DNA from: Okamejei kenojei
Taxonomy: Eukaryota
Direction: 5' to 3'
Assembly: GCA_035221665.1 (NCBI GenBank)
Contig: CM069142.1
Location: forward strand, 18,600,001 to 18,664,000
DNA length: 64,000 nt
The position numbers and the translations under genes were made by a program. The first letter of the stretch is position 1, and every line of letters begins with the position of its first letter. Under the pieces are notes generated by a model that had not been told where the DNA came from, made no database searches, and worked only from the letters and a program-made list of their open reading frames with translations. Below, in pieces: positions 36,351-48,976 of this stretch.

Positions 36351-37149
36351 GTTGTCTCAGATGGCATCTATGCCTCCATTTGTCTTGCCTTTGATTTGAA
36401 ATCTTTTATAAATACTGTGAATTGTAAAGCACATTTTACGTTATGTAACAATTGCTGTCTTAACCAATGAACCTCTTTTGCTATTATATAAAATCTGTTT
36501 TGAACTTTACAGAATAAATGTTAGAATCTTCAGAGTAAGGAAATGCTTCTGATTCTGTCTACCAAGCCACATTTATGTGCATCATTTGCACATGTTTGTC
36601 AGCAAAAGATCGCGATATAAGCATGAAAATAAAGCTTTTTGTTTTAAAAAAGTAATTCTGGAAGTAAATATGCGCTGCCAAATTAAACATTGAACAAGCA
36701 TTACATCATTTGACGTTTGGAAGGTTGTTCGGAGTTCAATATTAAGTTGCAGGAGCTCAGATTATTTTCTCGCCTTTTGAGCACACGATATTATCTACTC
36801 TTGTAATAAGCAGCATCTTATCAATGCAGACATAGTATAAACAAGTGCAATCAACACGGTCTCATTTCTCTCTTCGTTGAACCATTTTTTGGTTACTCTG
36901 CAGAATATTGCTTTTATTCACTCTAATGGAACTCAGTGGAATTAAGATCAAGTTCCACTTATGTTGCATTTTGGTGAAAAGGATCAAACTACTTCTGCCT
37001 CCTGATAATCTTTCAATTAGTATAATTATGGATAGGGAAAAAAGCTTTTAAAGGGCCATGCGTTAATGTTGTAGGCATTAGTTGCAGATTCTATTTTCAA
37101 TAGATACAATGTAATTATTCACAGCTTACAATACCTTAATACATTTTGA

Positions 37150-38726
37150 TACTCCTCATTTTGAGATTTGTAGTAGAAAAAAAATCACATGGTTAAAGTG
37201 CACATTGTCAGATTTTAATAAAGGCCATTTTTATACATTTTGGTTTCACCATGTAGAAATTACAGCAGTGTTTATACATACCCCCCCTTATTTCAGGGCA
37301 CCATAATGTTTGGGACACAGCAATGTAATGTAAATGAAAGTAATCATGTTTAGTATTTTGTTGCATATCCTTTGCATGCAATGACTGCTTGAAGTCTGCG
37401 ATTCATGGACATCACCAGTTGCTGGGTGTCTTCTCTGGTGATGCTCTGCCATGCTCTTGCAGTAATCTTTAGCTTATGCTTGTTTTGAGGGCTAGTCCCC
37501 TTCAGTTTGCTCTTCAGCATATAAAAGGCATGCTCAATTGGGTTCAGATCGGGTGATTGACTTGGCCACTGAAGAATTGACCAATTTTTAATGTTGTAGC
37601 TTTGAAAAACTCCTTTGTTGCTTTAGCAGTATGTTTGGGATCATTGTCTTGCTGTAGAATTGAACTGCCGGCCAATGTTTTGAGGCATTCGTTTGAACTT
37701 GAGCAGATACGATGTGTTTATACACTTCAGAATTAATTATGATACTACCGTCAGCAGTTGTATCATCAATGATGCCAGTACCTTCAGCAGCCATACATGC
37801 CCAGGCCATAACACCCCCACCACCGTGTTTCACAGATGAGGTGGTATGCTTTGGATCTTGGGCAGTTCCTTCTCTCCTCCATACTTTGCTCTTGCCATCA
37901 CTCTGATATAAATTCATCTTTGTCTCATCTGTCCACAAGATGTTTTTTTCAGAACTGTGTTTGCTTTTTAAGTACTTCTTGAAAAACTGTAACCCGACCA
38001 TCCTATTTATGTGACTAACCAGTGGTTTGCATCTTGCAGTGTAGCCTCTGTATTTCTGTTCATGAAGTCTTCCGCGGACAGTGGTTATTGACAAATCCAC
38101 ACGTGATTCCTGAAGAGTGTTTCTGATCTGTCGGACAGGTGTTTGGGTTTTTCCTTTATTATAGAAGGAATTATTTTGTCATCAGCTGTGGAGGTCTTCC
38201 TTGGCCTGCCAGTCCCTTTGTGATTAGTAAGCTCACCAGTGCTCTCTTTCTTCTTCATGATGTTCCAAACAGTTGATTTTGGTTAGCCTACGTTTTGACT
38301 GATGTCTCTAACAGTTTTATTCTTGTTTCTCAGTCTCATAATGGCTTCTTTGACTTCCATTGGCATAACTTTGGTCCTCATGTTGATAAACAGCAATAAA
38401 AGTTTCCAAAGGTGATGAAAAGACTAGGTGCTGAGAGCTCTCTTATACCTGCATTAAGGAGGCAATTAAACACACCTGAGCAATTACAGACACCTGTGAA
38501 GCCATGTGACCTAAACATTATGGTGCCCTGAAATGGGGGGGACTATGTATAAACACTGCTGTAATTTCTACATGGTGAAACCAAAATGTATAAAAATAGC
38601 CTTTATTAAAATCTGACAATGTGCACTTTAACCACACGTGATTTTTTTAATTACAAATTCAAATGGTGGAGTAGAGGCAAATAAATAAATGATGGGTCTT
38701 TGTCCCAAACATTATGGAGGGCACTA
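37150..38726 (-). mobile_element. Second Tc1-family transposon, one TIR truncated
   Basis: Inverted repeats about 37150-37318 and 38503-38726; right end CAAACATTATGGAGGGCACTA-TA; the outer ~55 bp of the left TIR is missing. Confidence 0.9.
37350..38381 (-). pseudogene. Tc1 transposase, decayed
   Basis: MRTKVMPMEVKEAIMRLR.. start, WTDETK, VKHGGGGVMAWACM, GYATKY* end; several frameshifts. Confidence 0.9.
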
Positions 38727-38769
38727 TAACTGTCCAAATATATTTTAAAAGTCAGAATTGTATAACTCC

Positions 38770-39020
38770 ACTCCACAGCCCAAGTATCATCCTGTTGAAT
38801 CCCTTCTGCACGCCTTCCAACTTAATGACATATTTTCTGCAGCTGGGTGACCTGAATGCACATAATACTCCGTGAGGTCTCACCAATGATTTATGCAACT
38901 GCATCATGTTGCCCTGATCGTTGTACTCTGTACCCTCCCCATTGAAGGCAAACACCTTCCTCACCACACTGTCCACCCGATTCTCCACGTTTAGGGAATC
39001 ATGCATGTGTACTTCCAGAT
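38770..39020 (-). mobile_element. Decayed CR1 fragment
   Basis: HDSLNVENRVDSVVRK..LHKSLVRPH..KLEGVQK peptide. Confidence 0.75.
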
Positions 39021-41775
39021 CTATGAAAGAGAGTGGGGAAATATCACTGCACCTATGTTCACTTACCCAACTACAATTTTGAAATTATAGCTTTTTAGAA
39101 ATTAGCCCTTAGAAAGTGCTTGAATTGAGCATTAAGACTGAACTCTACTTGTGGTAATCTTGTGGTAATATTAAATTATGCTACCTATTCCCCACTTTAA
39201 AACAATGCAGACTCAAATAACTAAAAGGGTTTCACAGGATGATTCATGTAAATTTATGAAATAGAATTCAAGAGTTCAATAAAAACTACTTGTACAATGT
39301 CTAAATATAATGAGAATTATCTCGTAGTGAATCACAGGCCCTTCATATGAATTATATTCTGAAAGATGGCATCCTGCTTGCTGCACTAAAAATTCTGTCA
39401 TTCTTTTTGTTACCTTTAGTATTGAAGCAACATTGTATTACTTCCTTTCAGGCGGGGGATTTTGATCAATCAGTTGAAAATTATAGTCTGGGAAGAGAAA
39501 CAGAGTTCTTCTGTCAAACTATTAATTGCAAGCTTAAAATTTTGAGATGGTTGTTATGTTCATATCTGGTAAAATGTGAAAGTGGAAATGTGGAATAAGA
39601 GCAGCTGCAAACAATAAATTCCCGAAAAAGGGTCTCAACCTATTCCTTTTCTCCAAGGATGCTGTGTGACCCGCTGGGTTACTCCAGCTTTTTGTGTCTA
39701 TCTTTGGTGTGTATTAACAATCAATTGCTGAGAGTAAAGAACTTGCCTAATGGGCAACAATTCAGCACGTGAGGATTACAAAGGTCATCAACAATTTGTG
39801 GCAGGAAAGTGATGTTATCCAAGATCAAAAGATGGTAAATACCTCAAATGAAGCTGAGTTTATTATCGCATGCACAAGTACAGTGAGATACAGATACAGC
39901 GAAGTCATACTTGCAGCAATATCACATGCACATAGACTTAGACAACACACAAACACATAAATGATACAACATTTTTGCTCCTGAATCTTGCAAGACAGTA
40001 GTAGGAATTAAACTCTGCCAAAATAAAAGACATTAGTGCAAAATAGAATTAGAAAAATAAAGTCCACGGTGGTGCAGGAGATGATCCACAGAGTTGTGTA
40101 TTCCTGTTAGGATTAGGATTGTGTAGTGTTTAAGAAAGAACTGCAGCTTCTGGTAAGATCGAAGGGAGACACAAAATGCTGGAGTAACTCAGTGGGTGAG
40201 GCAGCATCTATGGAGAGAAGGAATTGGCGACGTTTCGGGTCTGAACGTTTAGGGACGTCTCGCGTAGATTGTGTAGGTTGGTTGAAGAACCTGATGGCGG
40301 TAGGATGTAGAATTGGTGGTGTGTGATTTCAGGCTTCTCTGCCTCCTGCCTGATAGTGCTGGGAAGAGGACATAACCCGGACTTGATGATAGATGCTGCC
40401 TTCTTGAGGCAGTGCCTAATGTAGATGCAGACTGAATTCTTGAACTGCAAAAGAAACAATGATATTCATAATTTCTGCGGGCAGAATGTAACTGTTTACT
40501 TGAATCTGTTCTTGGTCTTCCAGCGGTACATGATTTGATTAACTTTTAATTTGATTAGTATGGTCATTTTCAGCTGCTCTCTCTGGTTATGTGGTTCATA
40601 AATTCAGAGCAAGAGTAAATCATTTTTTAAATTAATTTCTGGTTCAGAGACTTGTTATATAAAATGTTAGAAGCCAATTGCAACCTTAATGAGTTGATTC
40701 CATCCTTGCACTCTTGCAATAAATATCCTGTTTTTGCAGTCAAATAATTTGAAGGTTTTTGCCTGAATTCTCAATGCCATTCTCTTTGCTCTCCATAGAA
40801 TTATTTTCATCTTGGTAAAACTCTGAGCGTTTCATTAATATGATTCCAGGTCGATAGGCAATGGTGGTTAATTAAAGTTGAAGTCCAATCTACATTTTGA
40901 TCAAATAGTGGAAATAGCAATTTCACAAATGTCTGGTCGGCAGGTCAAGTTACCAATCTGTAATGAATGCATGATAGTGATAAGTGTGCAGATAACATTA
41001 TGTGCAAGTTATTCTCGTATAATGGGCTACAGTAATCTTTCATTCAAGGTAAATTGAATTTCATCTGATTGTTTCTCACCCTTGTTTAGATCTCTCTAAT
41101 GTGAACCAAATGAAAATTGGTATATGTTCAGTCCAAAATAAAAGATCTGACTGTCCAAAATAACTCATTACAACTACTGTTTTGAACAGCAATATGAGTT
41201 TAACATATGGAACATTAGCCAGTGTAGATTTACTTATTACTTCCTGCCGCTGAACCTGCGACGATGTCAGTGACTAGATGGCAAAATTCCCGTATCTTTT
41301 TTCCAATGGTACTCCCATATCTATTTGGCCTGGAAACCGTTTCAAAGTGATTCTGTAGAGTCGTCTTTTGTTTTGCGATGCTATTGAAGTCCAGTTTCTG
41401 CAATCATTAATTTCACGTGAGATCTTCCAATCAATAGCAATTCTGTTTGGCCTATTTAAGGAGCCGGTTGCATGTTTTAAATGGGTGGCCTCGATGATAG
41501 AAAGGCTGCCAAAATGGCATCCACCATAGTCCTGGAAGAGTTGAAGAAGAGCCAACTCAGAAGTGAAATTCCAGTTTACTACTAAAGAGGATTTTCCAAC
41601 CCACCTCAACCTCTCCCAAACACTCCTTTCTTTGTGTACCTCTGCTGTACATTTCAGTTCTGCATTGTCCCATTTAGTGCATGCTTTTCTTTTCAACCAC
41701 TCTGGCAGGAGGGTGGATGGCAGGAGGATGGGGCAGAGGTGATGAGGAGAATTGAAATCTTGTATGTGTCATTGC

Positions 41776-42057
41776 TTAGTTTAGTTTAGAGATCCAGCTT
41801 GGAAACAGGCCCTTCAGTCTACCGAGTCCATGCCAACCAGCGACCCCCCCTACACTAGCGACCCCCCTACACTCGGAACAATTTACAATTTTTACTGAAG
41901 CCAATTAATCTACAAACCTGTACGTCTTATGAATGTGAGGAGGAAACTGGAGCACCCAGAGAAAACCCACGCTGTTATGGGGAGAATAAACACCCGTAGT
42001 CAGGATCGAACCCGGATCTCTGGCGCTGTGAGCATGCAACTCTCCCACTGTGCCACC
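41776..42057 (-). mobile_element. HE1/V-SINE-like SINE
   Basis: (TTTAG)n tail, reverse B box GGATCGAACC; small internal duplication AGCGACCCCCC(C)TACACT. Confidence 0.85.
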
Positions 42058-43270
42058 AAGCTCATGCTTGTATTGTGGGAGTGTAATATATTGGAGGAGC
42101 ACATAGTGGAATGTCATGCTTTCTGGAACTACAACACTGCAGCTGAACACATCTCTTTGTGAGCAAATGTCAGTTTAATTGCACCTCATCTTCCCAAGGG
42201 AACAATAAGGCTGTGAAGATTTATTTCTATATATCTTTGGTTGCAATCTTCAGAAGAGTATTTTCGGAGGATTGCAAGTAAAGTTTTTAACGTTCTATTT
42301 TTCCATATTAATGGTCCATGGAGAATTTCTTCTTCGAACATAAATCTGATTCCTTCAATGTCCAGGAATAAAGTAAGAAAGGGATGTCTGAAGGATATAT
42401 GCGAGTGAAAAAGAGGTGGTAATTTCAAAAAGTTTGGCAGCAAAGTGTTGCGCAACATGTCAATATAAAATAAACCTTTGCCAAAGTGGAAAACCATGTA
42501 TTCAGAGCATGTAAGAAAGCAATTACGTTGTCAAAAGTACTGAGTTGTTAATGAAATATATGAGTGTTTGCAGAAGTCATGATTAGCATTTCTTGTTCTG
42601 CATTTATTCAGCAAGTGTAGCGAACATAACCGTCTCAGCAAAGGGCATCTTGAAAGATTACTTCCGGATAATCAAATATTCAAAGCAGTTTACATTCCTT
42701 CATCACTATTCCCATGAAAAAAGGTTATTTTTCATTCAAAATGATAGTGTGCACAGAATGAAAATGTCAGCCAATCTGTGTAGGAAGGAATTGTAGATGC
42801 TGGTTTATACCGAAGATAGGCACAAAATGCGGGGGTAACTCAGCTGCAGAGGCAGCATCTCCGGAGAGAAGGAATAGGTGATGTTGTGGGTCGAGACTCT
42901 TCTTCAGACTGCTGTCTGATTTCATAGACTTGCAATTCATTCAATATGCTGTTCTCTTTTTTTTTTTTTTATCCTTCTTGTGCAACATGTTTTCAAGATG
43001 AATTATTTCTAAACTTCTCCAGTTTTGCAGGCTAAACATTCTGGATATTCTTGTTGAATTTGCAGTTATCTTGAATAATATTGTTGTTGGACACTTATTC
43101 AAAAGAGTGGCTCTTCAAGAAGAGACAGCATGACTGAATGCAGCTTTTGTTATTCTTTGGATACACAAGAAACAGCGATGCTGAAATCTTGAGCAAAACG
43201 CAAAGCGCTGGAGGAACTCAGTGGGTCTGGCCGCATCTGGGGACATCATGATTAGGTGACATTTCACCCC

Positions 43271-43304
43271 CATCTGATGAAGGGTCCCATCCGAAACGTC
43301 ACCT
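43271..43304 (+). ncRNA. Minimal hammerhead ribozyme-like motif with canonical CTGATGA
   Basis: CTGATGA-A-GGGT-CCC-ATCC-GAAAC-GTC-ACC inside a diverged Penelope-terminus dimer (43165-43360). Confidence 0.5.
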
Positions 43305-44029
43305 GTCCATTCCCTCCCCAGTTGCTGCATGGCCCGCTGAGTTCCTCCAGCACTTAGTCCTTTGGTATTACTATCCATTGTCTATTTACAAAAAGAGTCG
43401 TAAGCAAATATGCCATCATGCTAGAATGATGGTTTAGTTTATTTAGTCTCCTGAGCTAAGACTCTGAAATATTTATTACTTCTCTCCATGCAAAACTATT
43501 TTGAATACTATTTTGTATACTATTTGACCCTTCATTTGTCCCTTAATTTTAAGAGTGTAGGTTCAAATGTAATTTTAGGATCCCTATGTGTAATCTGGAC
43601 TAACAGTTCAGCATGTCATTGAGAATCTGGTTACATCAGTGTTAATTTAAAGAAAAGCACTGATCTGTTGATATATAACTACAGATGAACATCGGTGAGG
43701 CTGCACTTGGAGTACAGGCACTGCATGCTTTATGCGTCACCTGCTATAAGAAGCTGGAAGGAGAGCAGAGAAAAGTACAAAAAACATGTTGCCAGGCCTC
43801 GAGGACCAGAGCTTTTGGAGAGCCTGGGTGTGCTAGGGCTTGTATGCGTGTTTGATTTATATGTTTTTAAAATAACGCCCTTGTTCCTTTAATACCAAAG
43901 CTTTAATACCGCTCTGGTATTTTTTGAATAACGCGCTCAAATTTACTGCTGATAGTGTAGTCACATTTCCATTTAATTTACACCTGTTTGAACCCCGCAC
44001 TACTTTTTGGGTACGTAACACCCTGCTTA

Positions 44030-44512
44030 AAACATAGCTTTGGTCACCTTGCTATAGGAAAGATCTCATTTAGCTGGAAGGAGAGCAGGTAAAATGTACA
44101 AGGAACTTGCCGGGACTCAAGGACCTGAGCTATAGGGGGAGGTTGGGCATGCTAGGACTTTGTTCCTTGGAGAGCAGGATGCTGAGCAGATATCCGCTAG
44201 AGGAGTATACAATCGTGATGGGAATAGATAGGCTGAATGCACAGAATCTTTTTACCAGGGTAAGGGAATCAAGAGCAAGAGAGCATGAGTTGAAGATGAG
44301 AAGGGAAAGATGTATTAGGAACCTGAGGGGCTGCATTTGCACGTAGGGGATGGAGGATATATAGAATACCCTGCGTTGATTAGTACCGGTGTCAAGGGTT
44401 ATGGGGAGAAGGCAGGAGAATGGAGTTTGGAGGGAGAGATAGATTAGCCATGGTTGAATGGCGGGATAAACTTTGTGAGCCAAGTGACCTAATTCTGCTC
44501 CTATCACTTATG
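44030..44512 (+). mobile_element. CR1 3' fragment
   Basis: PGLKDLSYRGRLGMLGLCSLE..RESRAREHELKMR peptide; CTCCTATCACTTATG tail. Confidence 0.85.
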
Positions 44513-45289
44513 AATGAACTGCTTGAGAAAGTGTTTGAGGATTCCAACTGCAGAGCCAAATTGGAATGGAGAAAAAAATACTCAATCATTAAATACCACT
44601 GAACTGTTGATGTATACATTCTTTCTCCAACTTTCCTATCTTTTTCTGAATGGTCATTCAACTTGTGTATAAAGAGGGTTGATCAAATAATAACAAGACA
44701 TTTTAAGTAGGACAGGTGGGACAAGGACAAATTGTTGGTGACATTTACATCTACAACTTGAAGCTCTCGCCCATTTCCACTTCAGCACCATCGATACAGA
44801 CAGGGGGTGTGAAACCCACTCCGCTTCCCGAAGCCGATGGCGAGCTCCTTCCCTTTGTTGCCGTTGAGACACAAAGTTGTTGTCTTGAGTTATTTGTTAA
44901 AGCAACAAGAAAGATTGACCGGGCAAATGGCTATCAAAGATATTTGATAGAATGTCACATCACATCATTGTCAACGCTGGTGTAACAAAAAACCCAGTGG
45001 CTGCAGGCTCAACAATTGACCAAGAGAGAAGAAAAGCAAAGCATTGTGGTGAATAGTCAATTCTCAGACTGAAGTGTGGTGGACTGTCATGTTCCTCAAG
45101 GCCGGTGGAGCACGTGGTACAGTGCAGGGGTAATTTCACGCTGTAAAGGGGATGAAATGTGGAAAGGAAAAGGAACAGTATAACATGAAGGGTGACATTT
45201 GAAGGTGGTGAAGAGAAACAGATAGAGCTGGATGTACAGCTCAGGAAATATTTGGAGGTGGAACTCCAGGTTGAAATAACATTTAAAAA

Positions 45290-45800
45290 CAAAAAGATCT
45301 TCAGCTTTATACGTAGAGAACCAAACTCCAAAAAGCGGGAAGTTCTGATAAACCTCAATAAAACTGCTTTCCTTTATAAAGGACACGTTTATATTCAAGT
45401 TCAAAGTCTCTCTAACATATGTCACAAAGGAAGCAAAGGAGTGGAGCAAGAATCAGACAGCTTTACTGAAATCTTGAAGGTGTGAGAGACTTAAGGTTCA
45501 AAGCAAGGATGCTGAGGCTGAGATTGGTTTCCTTGCAGCAGAGAATTTTGAGAAGAGATATGATAGATGTGTTCAAAATCATAAGCACTCTATAAATGGG
45601 CTTATTTCCAATGGTAGTCAGGTGGAGAACCAGGGCATACAAATGTGATGTGATCGGCAGAAGAACCAAAGGCGATAAGACAAAATGTATTTGTGTACTT
45701 CGAATGGTCAATGTCAGAAGTGTCTTGTCTGACAGGGTAGTGCGGGCAGAATCAGCCATGGGATTCAGAGGAGAATTTGCTCAGCACATGAATGCAAAGC
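45290..45800 (+). mobile_element. Very old CR1 fragment
   Basis: Degenerate EVLINL.KT, LRGDMI.VFKI and TRAYK motifs. Confidence 0.55.
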
Positions 45801-46419
45801 ATTGGTGAGCTTCAGAGGGAAAATGGTGGAGTGGTGCCTGCCGCATTCTTGCTGCAGTGACTTATTACTGACTTAAAGGGCCGACTTAAAAGGAGTCCCT
45901 CTTGGCTGTTACTATTCTTCGATTGGATGACTTGTAACAAGAGACCTCTACACCCTCAACTATAATCAGTCTGGAGAAGGGTGCCGATCCGAAACGCCAT
46001 GCTCTCCGGAGATTCTGCCTGAGTTACTCCAGCACTTTGTGTTTTTTTGCTCAAGATTCCCGCACCTGCAGTTTCTCGTGTGGACCTTCTACTCAATTTC
46101 CTTCTTCGGCAACCCTTGTCGTGGGGAACCGAGCATGGCCTATTGATTTTAGACTGGAGTCCATGAATTGCTTCAGTTGAAATCTCATGAATATTGAGAG
46201 CATCAGCAATTTGAAGTCAAATGAAACCTTTTCTGCCAGAGAGTGTAGAGGATACATTTATGTCACATATAATCACAGAAGAAATCATAAAAAAATATAA
46301 TTACTTCAAGAGGCAATTGGGTGTGTTGTTGTGATGGTGCGCAGTGTGCAAAAAGAGAGAGAAGCAAGGTAAATAAAGGGAGAAGAAATTCATGCAAGGT
46401 CAAGTTCATTGGACATAAA

Positions 46420-46785
46420 CATAGACGGGATTATTAGTAAGTCTGCAGATGACACTATGATTTCTGGGGTTGTGGACTGTGAGGAAGGATGTCAAACCAT
46501 ACAATGGGATATAGATCAGCAACAGAAATGAGGGTAGAAATGGCAGATGGAGTTTAATCTGAGCAAATGTGAGGTATTGCACTTCGGGATGTCAAATGTA
46601 AGGCGAAAATATACAATTTGTGGCAGGGCCCTAAACAGTATTGCTCTACAAAGGGAGTTTGGGGTCTGAGTCTATAACTCCCTGAAAGTGGAAACACAAG
46701 TAGACAGAGTGGTAAAGAAGGCATCTAGTATGCTTGCTTCCATTGGTCGGGGGATTTGGTAGAAGAGCCAGGAAGTCATGATGCA
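46420..46785 (+). mobile_element. CR1 RT-domain fragment
   Basis: ATTAGTAAGTCTGCAGATGACACT (ISK.ADDT) and TGGCAGATGGAGTTTAAT..AAATGTGAGGTA (WQMEFN..KCEV). Confidence 0.8.
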
Positions 46786-47154
46786 TGTTCAGGATGTGTA
46801 ACTGAAAGGCTATCAATAATTGAACAGTGTCAAATTATCTGCTGTTCTCAGCAGCAAAAAAAAAGTGAAGCTCTGCTTATAAACTTGCTTGTGTGTTGCA
46901 TACCTGCAAAAGTCCAGCATATATTTATCTCAGGCCACCTGCTGCAACACCTGAGCATGGTTTATCAGGTGTCGTGTCCGTAGTTATCAGTGGACTTTAT
47001 TTATCATTGACATTTTCTTCTTCGACAGCCCCTTGGGACGGAAGATAACTTGTTTCCACTCTGCGTTTGTGGGTTATGAGGGACTAATAAGGTCAAAGTA
47101 GAAGGGACACCCATGCATGAAGCAGGAGCTGCCTGAGGGCAGGTAGTTTGTGAG

Positions 47155-47438
47155 GATAGACACAAAATGTGGAGCAGTGTTTCTGGATAGAAGGAATGGG
47201 TAGCGTTTCGGGTCGAGACCCTTCTTCAGACTGGGAGTCAAGGCGAGGGGGACACAGAGATATGGAAGGGTAAGGTGTGAAAATGAGACCTCTTCCCCGA
47301 CTCTCAATCTGAAGAACGGTCTCGCCCCAAACCATCACCCATTCATTCTATCCAAAGATGCTGCCTGTCCTGCTGAGTTCCTCCAGCATTTTGTGTCTAC
47401 CTTTGGTGTAAACCAGCATCTGCAATTCCTTCCTACAC
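47155..47438. mobile_element. Penelope-terminus inverted dimer with spacer, ~0.85 kb upstream of the exon
   Basis: Two opposing arms with degenerate hammerhead motifs; AGTTTGTGAGGAT on both sides (47145 and 47439). Confidence 0.85.
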
Positions 47439-48291
47439 AGTTTGTGAGGATGTGCTCTCCTGACAGTACTTCTGCAGGCTCCCCATGCATGAAATCATGG
47501 TTGCCTATACCATCCCAAAATCTCGCACTCCAAGGACTAGAGGAGCTGAGGGATGTTGCATTTCTACCAGACTTTAAACACATCTTTGAATCTTTTTCTT
47601 CATCTACCATGTGATCTTGGGCCGGCGTGTGCAAGTTGACTCAAAGGGCCGGTTTTCCCACTGTGTGACTCCATAACTCTATCTCTGCCCATGATAGAGC
47701 TTGGAATGAATTGTCCGTTTTGGTTATCTGATGTAATTAGTTGTAAATCCATCAGGGTGACAAATAACATTTGGAAACAGAACCTCTTGTTTATAGCTAA
47801 GCTTCTATGTAGCTATTTACTATTTCAGGCAAATAATTCACCCAAAATATTGTTTTGGATCTTCTTCATTCATTGTAAATTACATTAATTATCAGGTACT
47901 GCCCATACTTTAAAAAAAAATAATATTGTGTTTGATTCATATACCTTTCCAAAACTGCACTGTAAATGTCATCTAATGAAAAATAATGTTTAATGTTAAT
48001 ATGTAAGGATCCCAAGGATCCCTCTTTGCAGCATCCCCTCTTTCTCAAGGTTATGGTTCTCTCCAAAATGGAGATGGATCTGAGGTGTTACAGAAAGAGA
48101 CCTTGTCATGTGATGTACGACAGGGCAGAAGTTTTTTTAATGTATTTCTCCCTGTTCATTTTTTTGGGGGGGCTTGTTTCTGAAATAACGAGTATAATTC
48201 TGCCATGGTCTTGCTTTGTGAGCGGAACGCAAGCTTATTTATGGTGTTTTACAGTTTGGCAACTGAATTACCTTTGCTTTTGTGCCTGCAG

Positions 48292-48467
48292 GAACTACAG
48301 GATGGAATTGGAAACCAGCAGGCTGCAGTCGCTGGTTTGAATGTGACGGGAGAGGAGATTATTGGGCAGTCATCAGCAGCTGACGGTTTCATCCTCAAGG
48401 AGAAACTGAGCAAGCTAAACAGGCGTTGGCAGGAACTTTGCAGACAGGTGGATGAGAGAAAGAGAAG
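48292..48467 (+). CDS. dmd: Dystrophin internal coding exon, orthologous to human exon 45 (spectrin-like repeat)
   Basis: Polypyrimidine tract plus CAG|GAA acceptor and AAG|GTAATC donor; 176 bp, phase 0 to 2; ELQDGIGNQQAAVAGLNVTGEEIIGQSSAADGFILKEKLSKLNRRWQELCRQVDERKR matches remembered human exon 45 (ELQDGIGQRQTVVRTLNATGEEIIQQSS..LQEKLGSLNLRWQEVCKQLSDRKK) better than utrophin. Confidence 0.92.
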
Positions 48468-48611
48468 GTAATCTCACAGTTTTCCTTCTATACAACTGTT
48501 CCTAATGTGCCGTGACTAATCACTCCTTTATCCAAGTAACGCTATTCATTTACGGTACGAGATAGCCTAGCTCTGATGCTCGATCATATTTGAGATGGCA
48601 ATCTCGTATTC

Positions 48612-48892
48612 CGCAGGCTCAGAATTAAAGGACTTCCCATTAGGAAGGAGATGTGGAGGAATTTCTTTCATCAGAGGGTGGGGAACTTGTGGATTTCCTT
48701 GCCACAGACAGCTGTGGAGGCCAAGTCAATTAATATTTTTAAGGCAGAGATAGATAGATTCTTAATTATTACAGGTGTCAAGGGTTGTGGGGAGAAAGCA
48801 GGAGAACGGGATTAGGAGGAAGAGATAGATCAGTCATGATTGAATGTTGGAGTGGACCTGATGGGCCTAATTCTGCTCCTATCACTTATGAT
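48612..48892 (+). mobile_element. CR1 3' fragment
   Basis: CTCAGAATTAAAGGA..GAGGAATTTCTTT..CAGAGGGTGG; same subfamily as 257-497. Confidence 0.85.
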
Positions 48893-48976
48893 CACCTTAT
48901 TCCACCTGAGTAGTGCACAACTCAATGGTATAAGCATAGAATTATCCAATGTTAGGTAACTTTTTAGTAAAGAGTC

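Noticed and set aside
39451-39598. Possible dystrophin exon 44: TTCCTTTCAG acceptor followed by AGDFDQSVEN, resembling RFDRSVEK
   Set aside because: Wrong phase relative to the acceptor, lacks the conserved W and FHYD residues, has extra sequence, and hits a stop with no suitable donor; likely chance.
41274-41696. 140-aa minus-strand ORF in non-repeat DNA
   Set aside because: Non-ATG start, no recognisable domain and no splice support.
42186-42497. 103-aa minus-strand ORF
   Set aside because: No recognisable homology or exon signals; length is compatible with chance.
48205-48291. 5' extension of the listed 88-aa ORF containing the exon
   Set aside because: This is intron (branch region and polypyrimidine tract) that happens to be open; homology begins at the AG acceptor.
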